Shown here: piece after piece, positions 54,832 through 64,000 of the stretch
Position numbering within the stretch: position 1 is the first letter of the stretch
Layout: every line of letters begins with the position of its first letter
NCBI GenBank assembly: GCA_033763775.1
Contig: JANRJW010000014.1
Location: 89,037 to 153,036 of the forward strand
From: Alphaproteobacteria bacterium
GTDB taxonomy: Bacteria; Pseudomonadota; Alphaproteobacteria; Rickettsiales; SXRF01
Length of the DNA: 64,000 nucleotides
Direction: 5' to 3'
The notes under the pieces: model-generated
Database searches by the model: none
Told to the model about the DNA's origin: nothing
Seen by the model: the letters and a program-made list of their open reading frames with translations, nothing else
Translations under genes and position numbers: made by a program

Positions 54832-56633
54832 ACATCCGCCTGTTGCCTACTACGCTGATCAACCGCATCGCAGCAGGGGAGGTGATTGAACGCCCCGCCT
54901 CGGCGGTGAAAGAGCTGGTGGAAAACGCGCTGGATGCCGGCGCCACCCGCATTGATATCGCCCTTGAGGAAGCAGGCAAATCATCGCTGGTGGTGAGCGA
55001 CAACGGCAAAGGCATGAGCGCAGATGAACTTGCCCTGGCGGTGCAGCGCCACGCCACCTCCAAGCTGCCATCGGACGATCTGCTGGACATACGCAGCCTT
55101 GGATTTCGCGGCGAAGCACTGCCCTCGATTGGATCTGTAAGCCGCATGAGTATTGAAAGCCGCGCACGTGGCGAAAGTGAGGCATGGCAGATTACACTGG
55201 AAGGCGGGCAGGTTGGTACTCCCAGACCAACTGCGCGCAGCGAAGGCACACGCGTGAGCGTGAAAGATTTGTTCTTTGCCACCCCGGCGCGCCTGAAATT
55301 CCTCAAAAGCGACCGCAGCGAAAATGCGCAGGCACAGGATGTGGTGCGCCGTCTGGCCATGGCGCGGCCGCATGTCTCGTTTCAACTCACACTCGATGGC
55401 CGAAACGTGCTGACCTGCGATGCCACACAAGGTGAGCTGATTGATGCCCGCCTTGCCCGACTTGCCGATCTGATGGGCAAAGAATTTGCTGCCAATGCGC
55501 TGGCACTTGCCATGCAGCGCGAATCCATCCAGCTTTCCGGCTTTGCCGCGCTGCCCACCTTCAACCGCGGCACCTCCAGCGAGCAATATCTGTTTGTCAA
55601 TGGCCGCCCGGTGCGTGACCGGTTACTTCTGGGTGTGGTGAAGGCCGCCTATCAGGATGTGCTGGCGCATGATCGCCATCCGGTGGTGGCGCTGTTTCTT
55701 GACCTGCCGCCCGAGGAGGTGGATGTCAATGTGCACCCCGCCAAGGCTGAGGTGCGCTTTCGTGACCCGCAAATGGTGCGCGGCCTGATTCTGGGAGGTA
55801 TCCGTCAGGCGCTTGCTGAAGCAGGGTTTCGCACCGCGAGCACCGTCAGCGCGCAGGCGCTCAGCCGCTTCAGCAGCACCCAGAGCTATGGTTTTGCAAG
55901 CAAGCCCGCGGCCACAACCCCGGCCTATGCCTTCGCGCTGCATGAACCATCAAGCCACGCCTATGCCGCCCCGCCGGAGCTGCTCAGCCCGGCCATGACC
56001 CCGCCCATGGCCAGACCCAACAGTAGCGACCCCACAGCCGCTGACTATACCAGCTACCCGCTCGGCGCCGCCCGCGCACAGCTGCACAAAACCTATATTA
56101 TTGCCGAAACAAAGGATGGCATGGTCATTGTCGATCAACACGCCGCCCATGAACGTCTGGTGTTGGAAAGCATGAAAGCACAGATGCAGCAGGGCGGCAT
56201 TGCCCGCCAGAGCCTGCTGCTGCCGGAAGTGGTGACGCTGACGCCCGCGCTGTGCGAAGCACTGCTGGCGCGCGCCAGCGAGCTGCAGGAGTTCGGGCTG
56301 ACCATTGAGGCGTTCGGTGCGGATTCGCTGGTCGTGCGCGAAGTGCCTGCCATGCTTGGCGAGATTGATGCCGGCGCTCTGGTGCGCGAGCTTGCCGATA
56401 ATATCAGCGAATTTGGTGAAACTATCGCCCTGAAAGAGCGCACTCTCGCACTCGCCAGCACCATGGCCTGCCATGGCAGCGTGCGGGCTGGTCGCGCCCT
56501 TTCCATCCATGAAATGAATGCCCTGTTGCGCCAGATGGAAGCCACCCCCAATTCCGGCCAATGCAACCATGGACGACCCACCACCATTACGCTAAAAGAG
56601 CGTGATATCGAAAAACTTTTCGGCCGAACCTGA
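54828..56633 (+). CDS. mutL: DNA mismatch repair protein MutL
   Basis: IRLLPTTLINRIAAGEVIERPASAVKELVENALDAGA...GFRGEAL. Confidence 0.93.
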   Translation: MNIRLLPTTLINRIAAGEVIERPASAVKELVENALDAGATRIDIALEEAGKSSLVVSDNGKGMSADELALAVQRHATSKLPSDDLLDIRSLGFRGEALPSIGSVSRMSIESRARGESEAWQITLEGGQVGTPRPTARSEGTRVSVKDLFFATPARLKFLKSDRSENAQAQDVVRRLAMARPHVSFQLTLDGRNVLTCDATQGELIDARLARLADLMGKEFAANALALAMQRESIQLSGFAALPTFNRGTSSEQYLFVNGRPVRDRLLLGVVKAAYQDVLAHDRHPVVALFLDLPPEEVDVNVHPAKAEVRFRDPQMVRGLILGGIRQALAEAGFRTASTVSAQALSRFSSTQSYGFASKPAATTPAYAFALHEPSSHAYAAPPELLSPAMTPPMARPNSSDPTAADYTSYPLGAARAQLHKTYIIAETKDGMVIVDQHAAHERLVLESMKAQMQQGGIARQSLLLPEVVTLTPALCEALLARASELQEFGLTIEAFGADSLVVREVPAMLGEIDAGALVRELADNISEFGETIALKERTLALASTMACHGSVRAGRALSIHEMNALLRQMEATPNSGQCNHGRPTTITLKERDIEKLFGRT

Positions 56634-57628
56634 TGTTTGATGCTTTCCCTCTTTATGTTCCGTTGTCGCTGGGCGCTTTCATCGCCACGCTGGTGGGCAC
56701 CCGCGTCTTGCTGGTTGCACAGAAAAGGCGCACCCCCGCGCCCGAGATTGCCGTGCTGACACGAAAAAAACCTCCCGCATTGCCCGGCGGCGGCGGCATT
56801 GCACCGGTCGTTGCCATCATGGTGTGCCTGACGCTGGCGGACTTTCCCTTTGAGATTCTGCTGGCCATGCTGCTGCTGGCCGCCAGCTGCCTGATGCACA
56901 GCCTGATCAGCCTGCCGCTGATGATCCGTTCGCTGGTGATGGTGCTGGCGACCACCATTCCCCTGAGCCTGATGCCGCACGGTCTGTTTGGCCAGTGGCT
57001 GCCTGTGAATACTGACAAGTTGTTTACCGGTCTTTTGTGGATCTGGTTCATGGCCACCACCGCCTCGATTGAAAAGCAGGACGGGCCGTTTACCATTCCC
57101 TGCATCGCCATCGCCGGGGCGCTGTGCCTGGTCGCCGTCTTTGCCGGCCAGTTTCCATCGCCGCTTTCGATTCACAGCCTGCTGGTCGCCTGCGCGCTGG
57201 CGGGCTTCATGTGGTGGAACTGGCCACCTGCCAAAATACGCATGGGTGAAGTGGGTGCGGTGCCGATAGCGTTTCTGATCGGCTACCTGCTGATGGTAGC
57301 AGCCAATAGCGGCTATCACTACACCGCTTTCATTCTCTGCGCTTACATCGTCAGTGATGGCCTGGCCACCCAGCTGCGCCGCCTTGCGACGCGCCACCCA
57401 TCCGCCCCCTATTTTTATCAGCTGGCCGCGGCGCAAGGGCTGGCGCCAAGGCGCATCGCTGATCTGATGATCGGGGTGCATCTGCTGCTGGGTTTCCTTG
57501 CGCTGCGCTGCCTGATTGATCCTCAATCCAGCCTGCTTTATATCGCACTGGCCTATGGCTGCGCGTTGGCACTCATGGTGTTTTTTGCCACCCGAAAACC
57601 GGCCACGGAGTCGCTGCCCCATGCCTGA
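56633..57628 (+). CDS. divergent MraY/WecA-like (GT4 polyprenyl-phosphate sugar-phosphate transferase family) membrane protein
   Basis: 331 aa, multi-pass. WNWPPAKIRMGEVGAVPIAFLIGYLL resembles the NxxPAKIFMGDxGS motif but with Glu for Asp. Sits upstream of a CapD-like gene. Confidence 0.5.
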   Translation: MFDAFPLYVPLSLGAFIATLVGTRVLLVAQKRRTPAPEIAVLTRKKPPALPGGGGIAPVVAIMVCLTLADFPFEILLAMLLLAASCLMHSLISLPLMIRSLVMVLATTIPLSLMPHGLFGQWLPVNTDKLFTGLLWIWFMATTASIEKQDGPFTIPCIAIAGALCLVAVFAGQFPSPLSIHSLLVACALAGFMWWNWPPAKIRMGEVGAVPIAFLIGYLLMVAANSGYHYTAFILCAYIVSDGLATQLRRLATRHPSAPYFYQLAAAQGLAPRRIADLMIGVHLLLGFLALRCLIDPQSSLLYIALAYGCALALMVFFATRKPATESLPHA

Positions 57629-59513
57629 TGCTGTTCGTCTGCGCAGCTTGGCCGTCGCCTGCTTTGACCTGATCGCGGCAGCGCTCAGCTTCGTACTGTC
57701 GATGATGATCCGCCTCGGCGATGATTTTTCTTTTTCGCTGTCTTATGTCGCTTTGGGACTGCCAATTTTCACCTTCACTGCGGCGGTGATTTTTGCCAGC
57801 ATGCGATTGCACCGTGCATCATGGCGCTATGCCTCGCTGCATGACCTGCTAACTATCGCGCGCGCCGTGTCGCTGGCCGTGTTGGTGTTTGCGCTGGTGA
57901 TGTTTTTTGTCACTCGCCTTGATGACATGCCACGCGCCGCGCTGGTGATTAACTGGATGCTGCTGATGCTGCTGCTGGGTGCGCCGCGCCTCGCCTTTCG
58001 CGCATGGCATGATGGCAACCTGAAGCTCAGCTCTGGCGCCAATCATCATCACGGACAGATTCCGGTGCTGCTGATTGGTAATCCCGCAAGCTGCGAACAG
58101 TTCATACGCGAGCAAGGGCGTAACCGACATGCGCTGTTTCGCGCTGTTGGCATCATCACCAGCGACCATCTTCACCATGGCCGCACCATTCACGGCGTGC
58201 CCGTTTACGGCGATTTAGGCGCCATGCGTGCCGTGCTGCGCAAACTGATGCGCCGTGGCACGCAGCCACAGAAAATCATCTGCGCCGATGAAACAACATC
58301 GCCGGAAGCACTGCGCAGCCTGCTTGCTACGGCCAAAGAACACGGTTTGTCGCTGGCGCGGCTGCCGCGGCGCGATGAGCTCAGGCCGGGGATCGAAGAC
58401 ACCCAGACCTTAAAGCCGATTGTCATTGAAGATCTTCTGGGGCGCGCGCAGAACGTGCATGACCATCGCGACGTGCGCCGCTTTGTCAGCGGCAAAACGG
58501 TGCTGATCACTGGCGCGGGCGGCACCATCGGCAGTGAGCTGACCCGCCAGATCGCGACCTACGCCCCCGCCAAGCTGGTGATTGCTGAGCTTTCCGAATT
58601 CCACCTTTATCAGATTGAGCGCGAAATACGCGCACGCCACCCCGGGCAGCAGGTAATATTTATCCTGTGCGATGTCAGGGATAGCCGCCATGTCGACCAT
58701 GTATTCAGCCAGCATAAGCCTGACATCGTCATCCATGCCGCTGCCATCAAACATGTGCCAATGGCCGAGTTTAACATCGAAGAGGCGATCCTGACCAATG
58801 TCATGGGCACGCGCAACATTGCCGAAGCCGCCGTAAAGCACGGCGCCGGCACCATGCTGATGATCTCCACCGACAAGGCAGTCAACCCCACCAACGTGAT
58901 GGGCGCCACCAAGCGCCTTGCCGAAAGCTATTGCCAGGCGATGGGCAGCCTCGGCCAAACCCGCTTTGTCACCGTGCGCTTTGGTAATGTGCTGGGTTCC
59001 ACCGGCTCGGTGGTGCCGCTGTTTCAGGAACAGATCGCGCGCGGCGGCCCGGTGACAGTGACCCACCCCGATATCACCCGCTATTTCATGACCGTGCGTG
59101 AAGCCGTCGAGCTGGTGCTTCAGGCCGCCACGCTCGGCACCACCATGAAAGAGCGCAACGAGTGTATTTTTGTGCTCGATATGGGACAGCCGATGAAAAT
59201 CAAAGATCTTGCCGAGCAGATGATCCGCCTCGCCGGGCTAACCCCCGGTAAAGACATTGAAATTAGCTATACCGGCCTTCGCCCCGGCGAAAAACTGTAT
59301 GAAGAGCTGTTTCACGGCGGCGAAAATGCGCTTCGCACCGAGCACCAGAGCATTTTCCTGGCGAGCCCGCGCGGAGCCGAACTTGCCTCTTTACGAAACG
59401 CTCTAGAATCGCTACTTGATGCCACACAAAACCGCGATAAGCTCGCCGCACTTGCGCAGCTTAAAGCACTTGTGCCTGAATTCACCCACGACCCACGTTA
59501 CCCAGCCCTATGA
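57621..59513 (+). CDS. polysaccharide biosynthesis protein CapD/WbpM/PglF-like (membrane-anchored UDP-sugar 4,6-dehydratase)
   Basis: N-terminal TM segments, [14 protein letters not shown] Rossmann motif, [18 protein letters not shown]. Confidence 0.85.
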   Translation: MPDAVRLRSLAVACFDLIAAALSFVLSMMIRLGDDFSFSLSYVALGLPIFTFTAAVIFASMRLHRASWRYASLHDLLTIARAVSLAVLVFALVMFFVTRLDDMPRAALVINWMLLMLLLGAPRLAFRAWHDGNLKLSSGANHHHGQIPVLLIGNPASCEQFIREQGRNRHALFRAVGIITSDHLHHGRTIHGVPVYGDLGAMRAVLRKLMRRGTQPQKIICADETTSPEALRSLLATAKEHGLSLARLPRRDELRPGIEDTQTLKPIVIEDLLGRAQNVHDHRDVRRFVSGKTVLITGAGGTIGSELTRQIATYAPAKLVIAELSEFHLYQIEREIRARHPGQQVIFILCDVRDSRHVDHVFSQHKPDIVIHAAAIKHVPMAEFNIEEAILTNVMGTRNIAEAAVKHGAGTMLMISTDKAVNPTNVMGATKRLAESYCQAMGSLGQTRFVTVRFGNVLGSTGSVVPLFQEQIARGGPVTVTHPDITRYFMTVREAVELVLQAATLGTTMKERNECIFVLDMGQPMKIKDLAEQMIRLAGLTPGKDIEISYTGLRPGEKLYEELFHGGENALRTEHQSIFLASPRGAELASLRNALESLLDATQNRDKLAALAQLKALVPEFTHDPRYPAL

Positions 59514-61057
59514 CCATCGCCCGCGCACTGCTCTCTGTTTCCGATAAAACTGGCCTGGTGCCTTTCGCCCAGTTTCTTGCCGCACAAGGGGTGGAGATTC
59601 TTTCCACTGGCGGTACCGCGAGGGCGCTACGGGATGCCGGCCTTACCGTGAAAGATGTCTCGGGGCATACCGGCTTTCCGGAAATGATGGATGGGCGTGT
59701 TAAAACACTGCACCCCAAAATCCATGGCGGCTTGCTTGCACTGCGTGATCACCCCGAACACCTGCGCGCGATGAAAGACCACGGCATTACGCCGATCGAT
59801 CTGGTCGTGATCAATCTTTATCCGTTTGAACAGACCGTAGCGAAGGGTGCATCGTTCGACGATTGTATCGAGAATATTGATATTGGCGGCCCGGCGATGG
59901 TGCGCTCTTCCGCCAAGAATCATGCTTATGTGACCATCATCACCGACCCGGCGGATTATGAGGTGGTGATGGCCGAGATGAAAACGGGCAGCGGCGCTAC
60001 GACACCAGAAACACGCAGGAAGCTTGCGGCCAAAGCCTTTGCCCGAACGGCTGCGTATGACAGCGCCATCAGCCAGTGGTTTGCCGCGCAGCATGACGAA
60101 CTATTTCCAAAGCAGCTCCAAATTTCGGCCAGCCTCAAGCAGCCACTTAGCTACGGCGAAAACCCCCACCAGCAAGCTGCGTTTTACGCGCTGCCAAACC
60201 CACGCTTTGGCCTCGTCACCGCCCGCCAGCTGCAGGGCAAGGAGCTGTCCTACAATAATATCAACGACACCGATGCCGCGTGGGAACTGGTGAGCGAATT
60301 TGATGCACCAGCCGTTGCCATCATCAAGCACGCCAATCCGTGCGGCGTGGCGACCGGTAAGGATCTACGCGAGGCGTATCTTCGCGCCTATGCCTGCGAT
60401 ACCACCAGCGCCTTTGGCGGCATCATCGCGGTCAACCGCGAGCTGGACGTAGCGGCCGCCGAAGAAATGTCCAAGCTGTTTGTCGAGGTCATCATCGCAC
60501 CTAAAATTTCCAAGGAAGCCGCCGAGCTACTGGCGAAGAAAACCAAGCTGCGTGTGCTGGAAACTGGCGGCATGCCAGATCCCAAGGCCAAGGATGTGGT
60601 GGTAAAATCAGTGACTGGCGGCCTGCTCGTGCAAACGCGCGACGACACGCTTTTTGATGAAGCCGCTCTCAAAACCGCAACCAAACTCGCCCCCACAAAC
60701 GAGCAGCTGGCCGACCTCACCATGGCGCTCACCGTTGCCAAACATGTGAAGTCCAATGCCATTGTGCTGGTGAAAAACGGCCAGACGGTGGGTATCGGCG
60801 CTGGCCAGATGAGCCGCATTGACTCCACCAAAATCGCCGTGCGCAAAGCCTGTGAAGCCGGTCTTTCCACGCAAGGAGCCGCGCTTGCTTCGGAGGCGTT
60901 TTTCCCATTTGCTGATAATGTATTACTGGCGGCAGAAAGCGGCATCAGCGCCATCATCCAGCCTGGCGGCTCCATCCGTGATAGCGAAGTAATCGAAGCG
61001 GCCGATAAGGCCGGTATCGCGATGGTCTTTACCGGCGTTCGGCATTTCAGGCATTAA
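59510..61057 (+). CDS. purH: bifunctional AICAR transformylase / IMP cyclohydrolase
   Basis: [12 protein letters not shown]...STGGTA...[10 protein letters not shown]...[10 protein letters not shown]. Confidence 0.95.
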   Translation: MTIARALLSVSDKTGLVPFAQFLAAQGVEILSTGGTARALRDAGLTVKDVSGHTGFPEMMDGRVKTLHPKIHGGLLALRDHPEHLRAMKDHGITPIDLVVINLYPFEQTVAKGASFDDCIENIDIGGPAMVRSSAKNHAYVTIITDPADYEVVMAEMKTGSGATTPETRRKLAAKAFARTAAYDSAISQWFAAQHDELFPKQLQISASLKQPLSYGENPHQQAAFYALPNPRFGLVTARQLQGKELSYNNINDTDAAWELVSEFDAPAVAIIKHANPCGVATGKDLREAYLRAYACDTTSAFGGIIAVNRELDVAAAEEMSKLFVEVIIAPKISKEAAELLAKKTKLRVLETGGMPDPKAKDVVVKSVTGGLLVQTRDDTLFDEAALKTATKLAPTNEQLADLTMALTVAKHVKSNAIVLVKNGQTVGIGAGQMSRIDSTKIAVRKACEAGLSTQGAALASEAFFPFADNVLLAAESGISAIIQPGGSIRDSEVIEAADKAGIAMVFTGVRHFRH

Positions 61058-61062
61058 TAAAC

Positions 61063-62355
61063 CTAATCACCAAAATAGCCTTTCCACGCCATCTCCAGCA
61101 GCTCTTCGCTGACCGTCACTGGCTGCCCGCGATACAGGCAGACATCGCGCATGCGCTCGATGAGGTCGCGCGGTTCGCAGGCGCGAAGCTCTTTCTTTGA
61201 GGCCTCATAGCGCCCATGCAGCGCTTTCAGGAAACTCTCCGGCACGGTGACGTTGTAGCGCTGTGCATAACGGCGGAAAATCGCGTTGTAATTCTCCGTT
61301 GTCGGCTTATCGATGGTGAGGCGGTAGCCAATGCGGCGCAGGAATGCGGGATCAGTGACATCTTCCGGCCGCAGGTTGGTGGCGATAATCAGCATGAGCA
61401 GGAACGGCACCTGAATCTTCTGCCCACCAAACAGCGTGAGGAAATCCACGCGGTGCTCGAGAGGAATAATCCAGCGGTTAAGCAGCTCGCTTGGCTCCAC
61501 ATGCTGGCGGCCAAAATCATCAATCAGGAAGGTGCCGCCATTGGCTTTCATGTGCAGCGGTGCTTCGTAATATTTGAGCGAGGGCAGGTAGGTCATGTCG
61601 AGCGACTCCAGCGTCATCTCGCCGCCCGCCACTACAAATGGCCGCTTGATTTTCACCCAGCGACCATCCACCGCGCCCGGCTTTGCCGCTACGTCTACGG
61701 CATGGTGGCAATGGGTGTCGTAAAGGCGGATGATGTGGGTATCCACTGCGATAGCATGCGGTATCCAGATATCGCCCTGCATGACGTGATGCAGCGCACG
61801 CCCCATGCTGGTTTTGCCGTTGCCGGGCGGCCCCGATACAAACAGGCTGCGCCCCGAGGATACCGCCATGCCCGCCACTTCCACCGAAGCGCTGTCGAGC
61901 ACCAGCTCGGATAGCGCCTGTGAGACCTGCTGCGGCGTCACCGCGCGCGGCTGGCTTGCATCCCATTCAAACATCGCCGTATAGGCCGCAAGCGATACCG
62001 GCGCCGGACCAATATAGCCCGAAATATCCAGCTGGCGCTGCGCGCGTTCACGCCCGCGCTGAGAGAGATTATAGCGGTAGCCCTGCTGCTCGTTATGCCC
62101 AAGCACCTCCAGCAGGTTGTCAATACGCATCGCCTCCAGCAGCTCCGCCACCACTAACTGCGGCAAATGCATGCGCTTTGCGATATCTTCAGTGGTAAAT
62201 TGCGGCAGAATATAAGCAGTTTTCAGCGCAATGTCTGAAAGCAGCGCCCGCGAAACCCCCGCCCCTGCAACGCTGGTCGGCGCGGCCGGAGCCATGCCAT
62301 CTTCCAGGGAAATGAGCTTCGGAAGCGCACTTATGGTCTCGTTCGCGATCATCAT
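61063..62355 (-). CDS. AAA+ family ATPase of unknown role
   Basis: GPPGNGKTS Walker A, FLIDDFGRQ Walker B-like, ATNLRPEDVTDPAFLRRI sensor/arginine region. The N-terminal approximately 150 aa is unassigned. Confidence 0.6.
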   Translation of the reverse strand: MMIANETISALPKLISLEDGMAPAAPTSVAGAGVSRALLSDIALKTAYILPQFTTEDIAKRMHLPQLVVAELLEAMRIDNLLEVLGHNEQQGYRYNLSQRGRERAQRQLDISGYIGPAPVSLAAYTAMFEWDASQPRAVTPQQVSQALSELVLDSASVEVAGMAVSSGRSLFVSGPPGNGKTSMGRALHHVMQGDIWIPHAIAVDTHIIRLYDTHCHHAVDVAAKPGAVDGRWVKIKRPFVVAGGEMTLESLDMTYLPSLKYYEAPLHMKANGGTFLIDDFGRQHVEPSELLNRWIIPLEHRVDFLTLFGGQKIQVPFLLMLIIATNLRPEDVTDPAFLRRIGYRLTIDKPTTENYNAIFRRYAQRYNVTVPESFLKALHGRYEASKKELRACEPRDLIERMRDVCLYRGQPVTVSEELLEMAWKGYFGD

Positions 62356-62372
62356 ACATTAACCCTTTTTTT

Positions 62373-62497
62373 CCTCCCCCCTTGAGGGGGAGGGTTAGGG
62401 TAGGGGGTCAAGAAACATTACCCCTCACCTCGGTTTGCCTAAAACTTAGCTGACGCTACGTCATAAGGCAAACCGTCCTCTGCCTCAAGGGGAGAGG
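62373..62497. repeat. Family-B composite repeat between the AAA+ gene and gdh
   Basis: cctcccccc-ttga-gggggaggg-ttagggtaggggg, inverted cccctcacc, ggtttgcct...aggcaaacc hairpin, cctctgcc-tcaa-ggggagagg. Confidence 0.85.
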
Positions 62498-62499
62498 AA

Positions 62500-64000
62500 T
62501 TAGGTGAGTTTACGAATATGTTTGAGTGCTACCATCAGGCGCGGCGCGTCAAAGCCATCGGTACTTTTCAGGTCGGCAAGGAAGCTATCATACGAGGCAA
62601 GCTGCGCACTTGTCGCCCAGGCCTTCGCGCCACCCGCGTTAAATGCGGCCTGAGCCAGACGCCGATGCTCGTCGGACAGCTGGCTGATGAGTGCCTGCAG
62701 CGCCAGCTTCTCCCAATGCGAGGAGACCACAATTTTCTGCGCCGAAATTTTCAGCCAGAACAAGCTGAGTCGCGCACCAACTTCAAAGAACTCTGCACCG
62801 ATATCGCGCACGTCTTTTTTCAGCTGGCTGGCCACCGTGATGATATCCAGCGCCGAGCCCATGCCCTCGAGCGAAGAAATGGCAAGCGCCAGCTTCTGCG
62901 GCACCCCCTCTGCCATCAGCTGCGTGCGGATTTTTTCCTGCTCACGCGAGAGCGTTTCTGACTGCATTTTGCCGAGGAGTTTTTCGATCTGCGTAATCTG
63001 CGGGGTGATGTGCGCCGAGACTTTATCCATCGCCAGCGGCAGTGGGAAATTGCGTAGCAGCCACATCGCCTGCGCCGCGATAAACTGATTAGCCGCTACC
63101 TGCATGGCAACCTGCACCGGCACCGGCACACTGGATGCCAGCGCCTCAATCTCGTTCCAGATGGTGCGCAGACCAAAGCTATCACGCGCCAGCGCATATG
63201 CCGCCGCGACATCGCGCGCGCCTGCGCCGGTTTCTTCCATCAGGTCGAAATAAAACGTGATGCCTGCGCGGTTCACGAGGCTGTTGGTCATGACGGTCGC
63301 GATGATCTCGCGCCGCAAGCGATGTTTCTCAATCGCCTCGGCAAAGTCTCTCTGCATCGCCTGCGGGAAATAACGCTTCAGATCCGAAACGAAGTACGGC
63401 TCGTCCGGCAGGCTGGAGCTGAGCAGCTGCTGGTAGATGTCCATCTTGCTGTAAGCCAGCAGCACCGCAATTTCCGGCCGGGTGAGGCCTTTTTTAGCGG
63501 CGCGCAGCTCGCTTATCTGCTTATCCGTGGGCAAAAATTCAATCGCGCGATCCAGCAGCCCGGTTTTTTCCAGCGTGTGGATGAGCCGCTGCTGCGCATC
63601 AAGCAGCACCCAGCCCTGCTGCTCAGCCAGCGTAATGGCCTGCGTTTGCAGGATGTTGTCTTTGAGCACGAGGCCGGCCACTTCGTCTGTCATCTTCCTC
63701 AGCACGCTGTCGCGCTTTACCTGCGGCAGCGCCTTGGAAGCCACCAGCGGACTGAAGGCGATTTTGATATTCACCTCGTGATCCGAGCAATCCACCCCGG
63801 CCGAGTTATCAATCGCATCGGTATTAATGCGTCCGCCTGCGCGCGCATATTCGATGCGGCCTTTCTGGGTGAAGCCAAGATTGCCGCCCTCACCAACGAT
63901 TCTGCAACGAAGCTCGCGGCCATTCACACGCACCGCGTTATTCGCGCGGTCGCCGACCGATTCATGGCTTTCTTCTTCAGCCTTCACGTAGGTGCCGATA
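62500..64000 (-). CDS. gdhB: NAD-specific glutamate dehydrogenase, large (about 1600 aa) type, C-terminal part; 5' end outside window
   Basis: GEGGNLGFTQKGRIEYARAGGRINTDAIDNSAGVDCSDHEVNIKI is characteristic of the Bac_GDH family. The frame stays open to the window edge. Confidence 0.85.
   Translation of the reverse strand, partial: IGTYVKAEEESHESVGDRANNAVRVNGRELRCRIVGEGGNLGFTQKGRIEYARAGGRINTDAIDNSAGVDCSDHEVNIKIAFSPLVASKALPQVKRDSVLRKMTDEVAGLVLKDNILQTQAITLAEQQGWVLLDAQQRLIHTLEKTGLLDRAIEFLPTDKQISELRAAKKGLTRPEIAVLLAYSKMDIYQQLLSSSLPDEPYFVSDLKRYFPQAMQRDFAEAIEKHRLRREIIATVMTNSLVNRAGITFYFDLMEETGAGARDVAAAYALARDSFGLRTIWNEIEALASSVPVPVQVAMQVAANQFIAAQAMWLLRNFPLPLAMDKVSAHITPQITQIEKLLGKMQSETLSREQEKIRTQLMAEGVPQKLALAISSLEGMGSALDIITVASQLKKDVRDIGAEFFEVGARLSLFWLKISAQKIVVSSHWEKLALQALISQLSDEHRRLAQAAFNAGGAKAWATSAQLASYDSFLADLKSTDGFDAPRLMVALKHIRKLT

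Noticed and set aside
56135-57622. 495-aa antisense ORF across mutL and the GT4 gene. Similar long antisense ORFs lie at 53701-54714, 50010-50972, 32029-32637 and 61216-61914.
   Set aside because: Their composition is Arg/Gly/Gln/His-rich. They have no recognisable motifs and overlap well-supported genes on the other strand, so they are shadow ORFs.

Overview
This 64-kb window looks like an alphaproteobacterial chromosome segment at roughly 55% GC; the taxon is inferred from gene content and order only. It is almost entirely housekeeping genes: a yejA-yejB-(hydrolase)-yejE-yejF peptide ABC importer, qor, mnmE-mnmG-rsmG-parA-parB with four perfect parS sites, holA-lptE-leuS, a porin, yggS, the F1 ATP synthase operon atpH-A-G-D-C, priA, tal, DUF484-xerC, a signal-peptide Fe/Mn SOD, tRNA-Arg(CCG), nfu, a CaCA antiporter, secF, ribF-lspA, two M16 peptidases, pgi, mutL, a GT4/CapD pair, purH, an AAA+ ATPase and the 3' part of a large NAD-glutamate dehydrogenase. 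Four things stand out. (1) By eye I found more than 30 palindromic or tandem-heptamer repeat loci in at least three families. They fill most intergenic gaps, and about 15 copies lie in frame inside 9 genes: yejA, yejE, yejF, mnmE, leuS, yggS, atpG, priA (four copies) and a DUF3576 lipoprotein gene. (2) A low-GC, translationally coupled two-gene cassette (unknown 184 aa plus a DUF2283-like 74 aa) sits between atpA and atpG, and the same operon has an epsilon subunit with no C-terminal domain. (3) Downstream of a partly duplicated tRNA-Arg lie an orphan 900-aa PIN-like/HTH-like protein, a glycosyltransferase-sulfotransferase-permease operon, and an orphan VirB2/TrbC pilin flanked by GT-C-type membrane proteins. 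(4) An orphan type IV pilin-like gene lies between priA and atpH. All calls come from reading the sequence and ORF translations; no searches were run.
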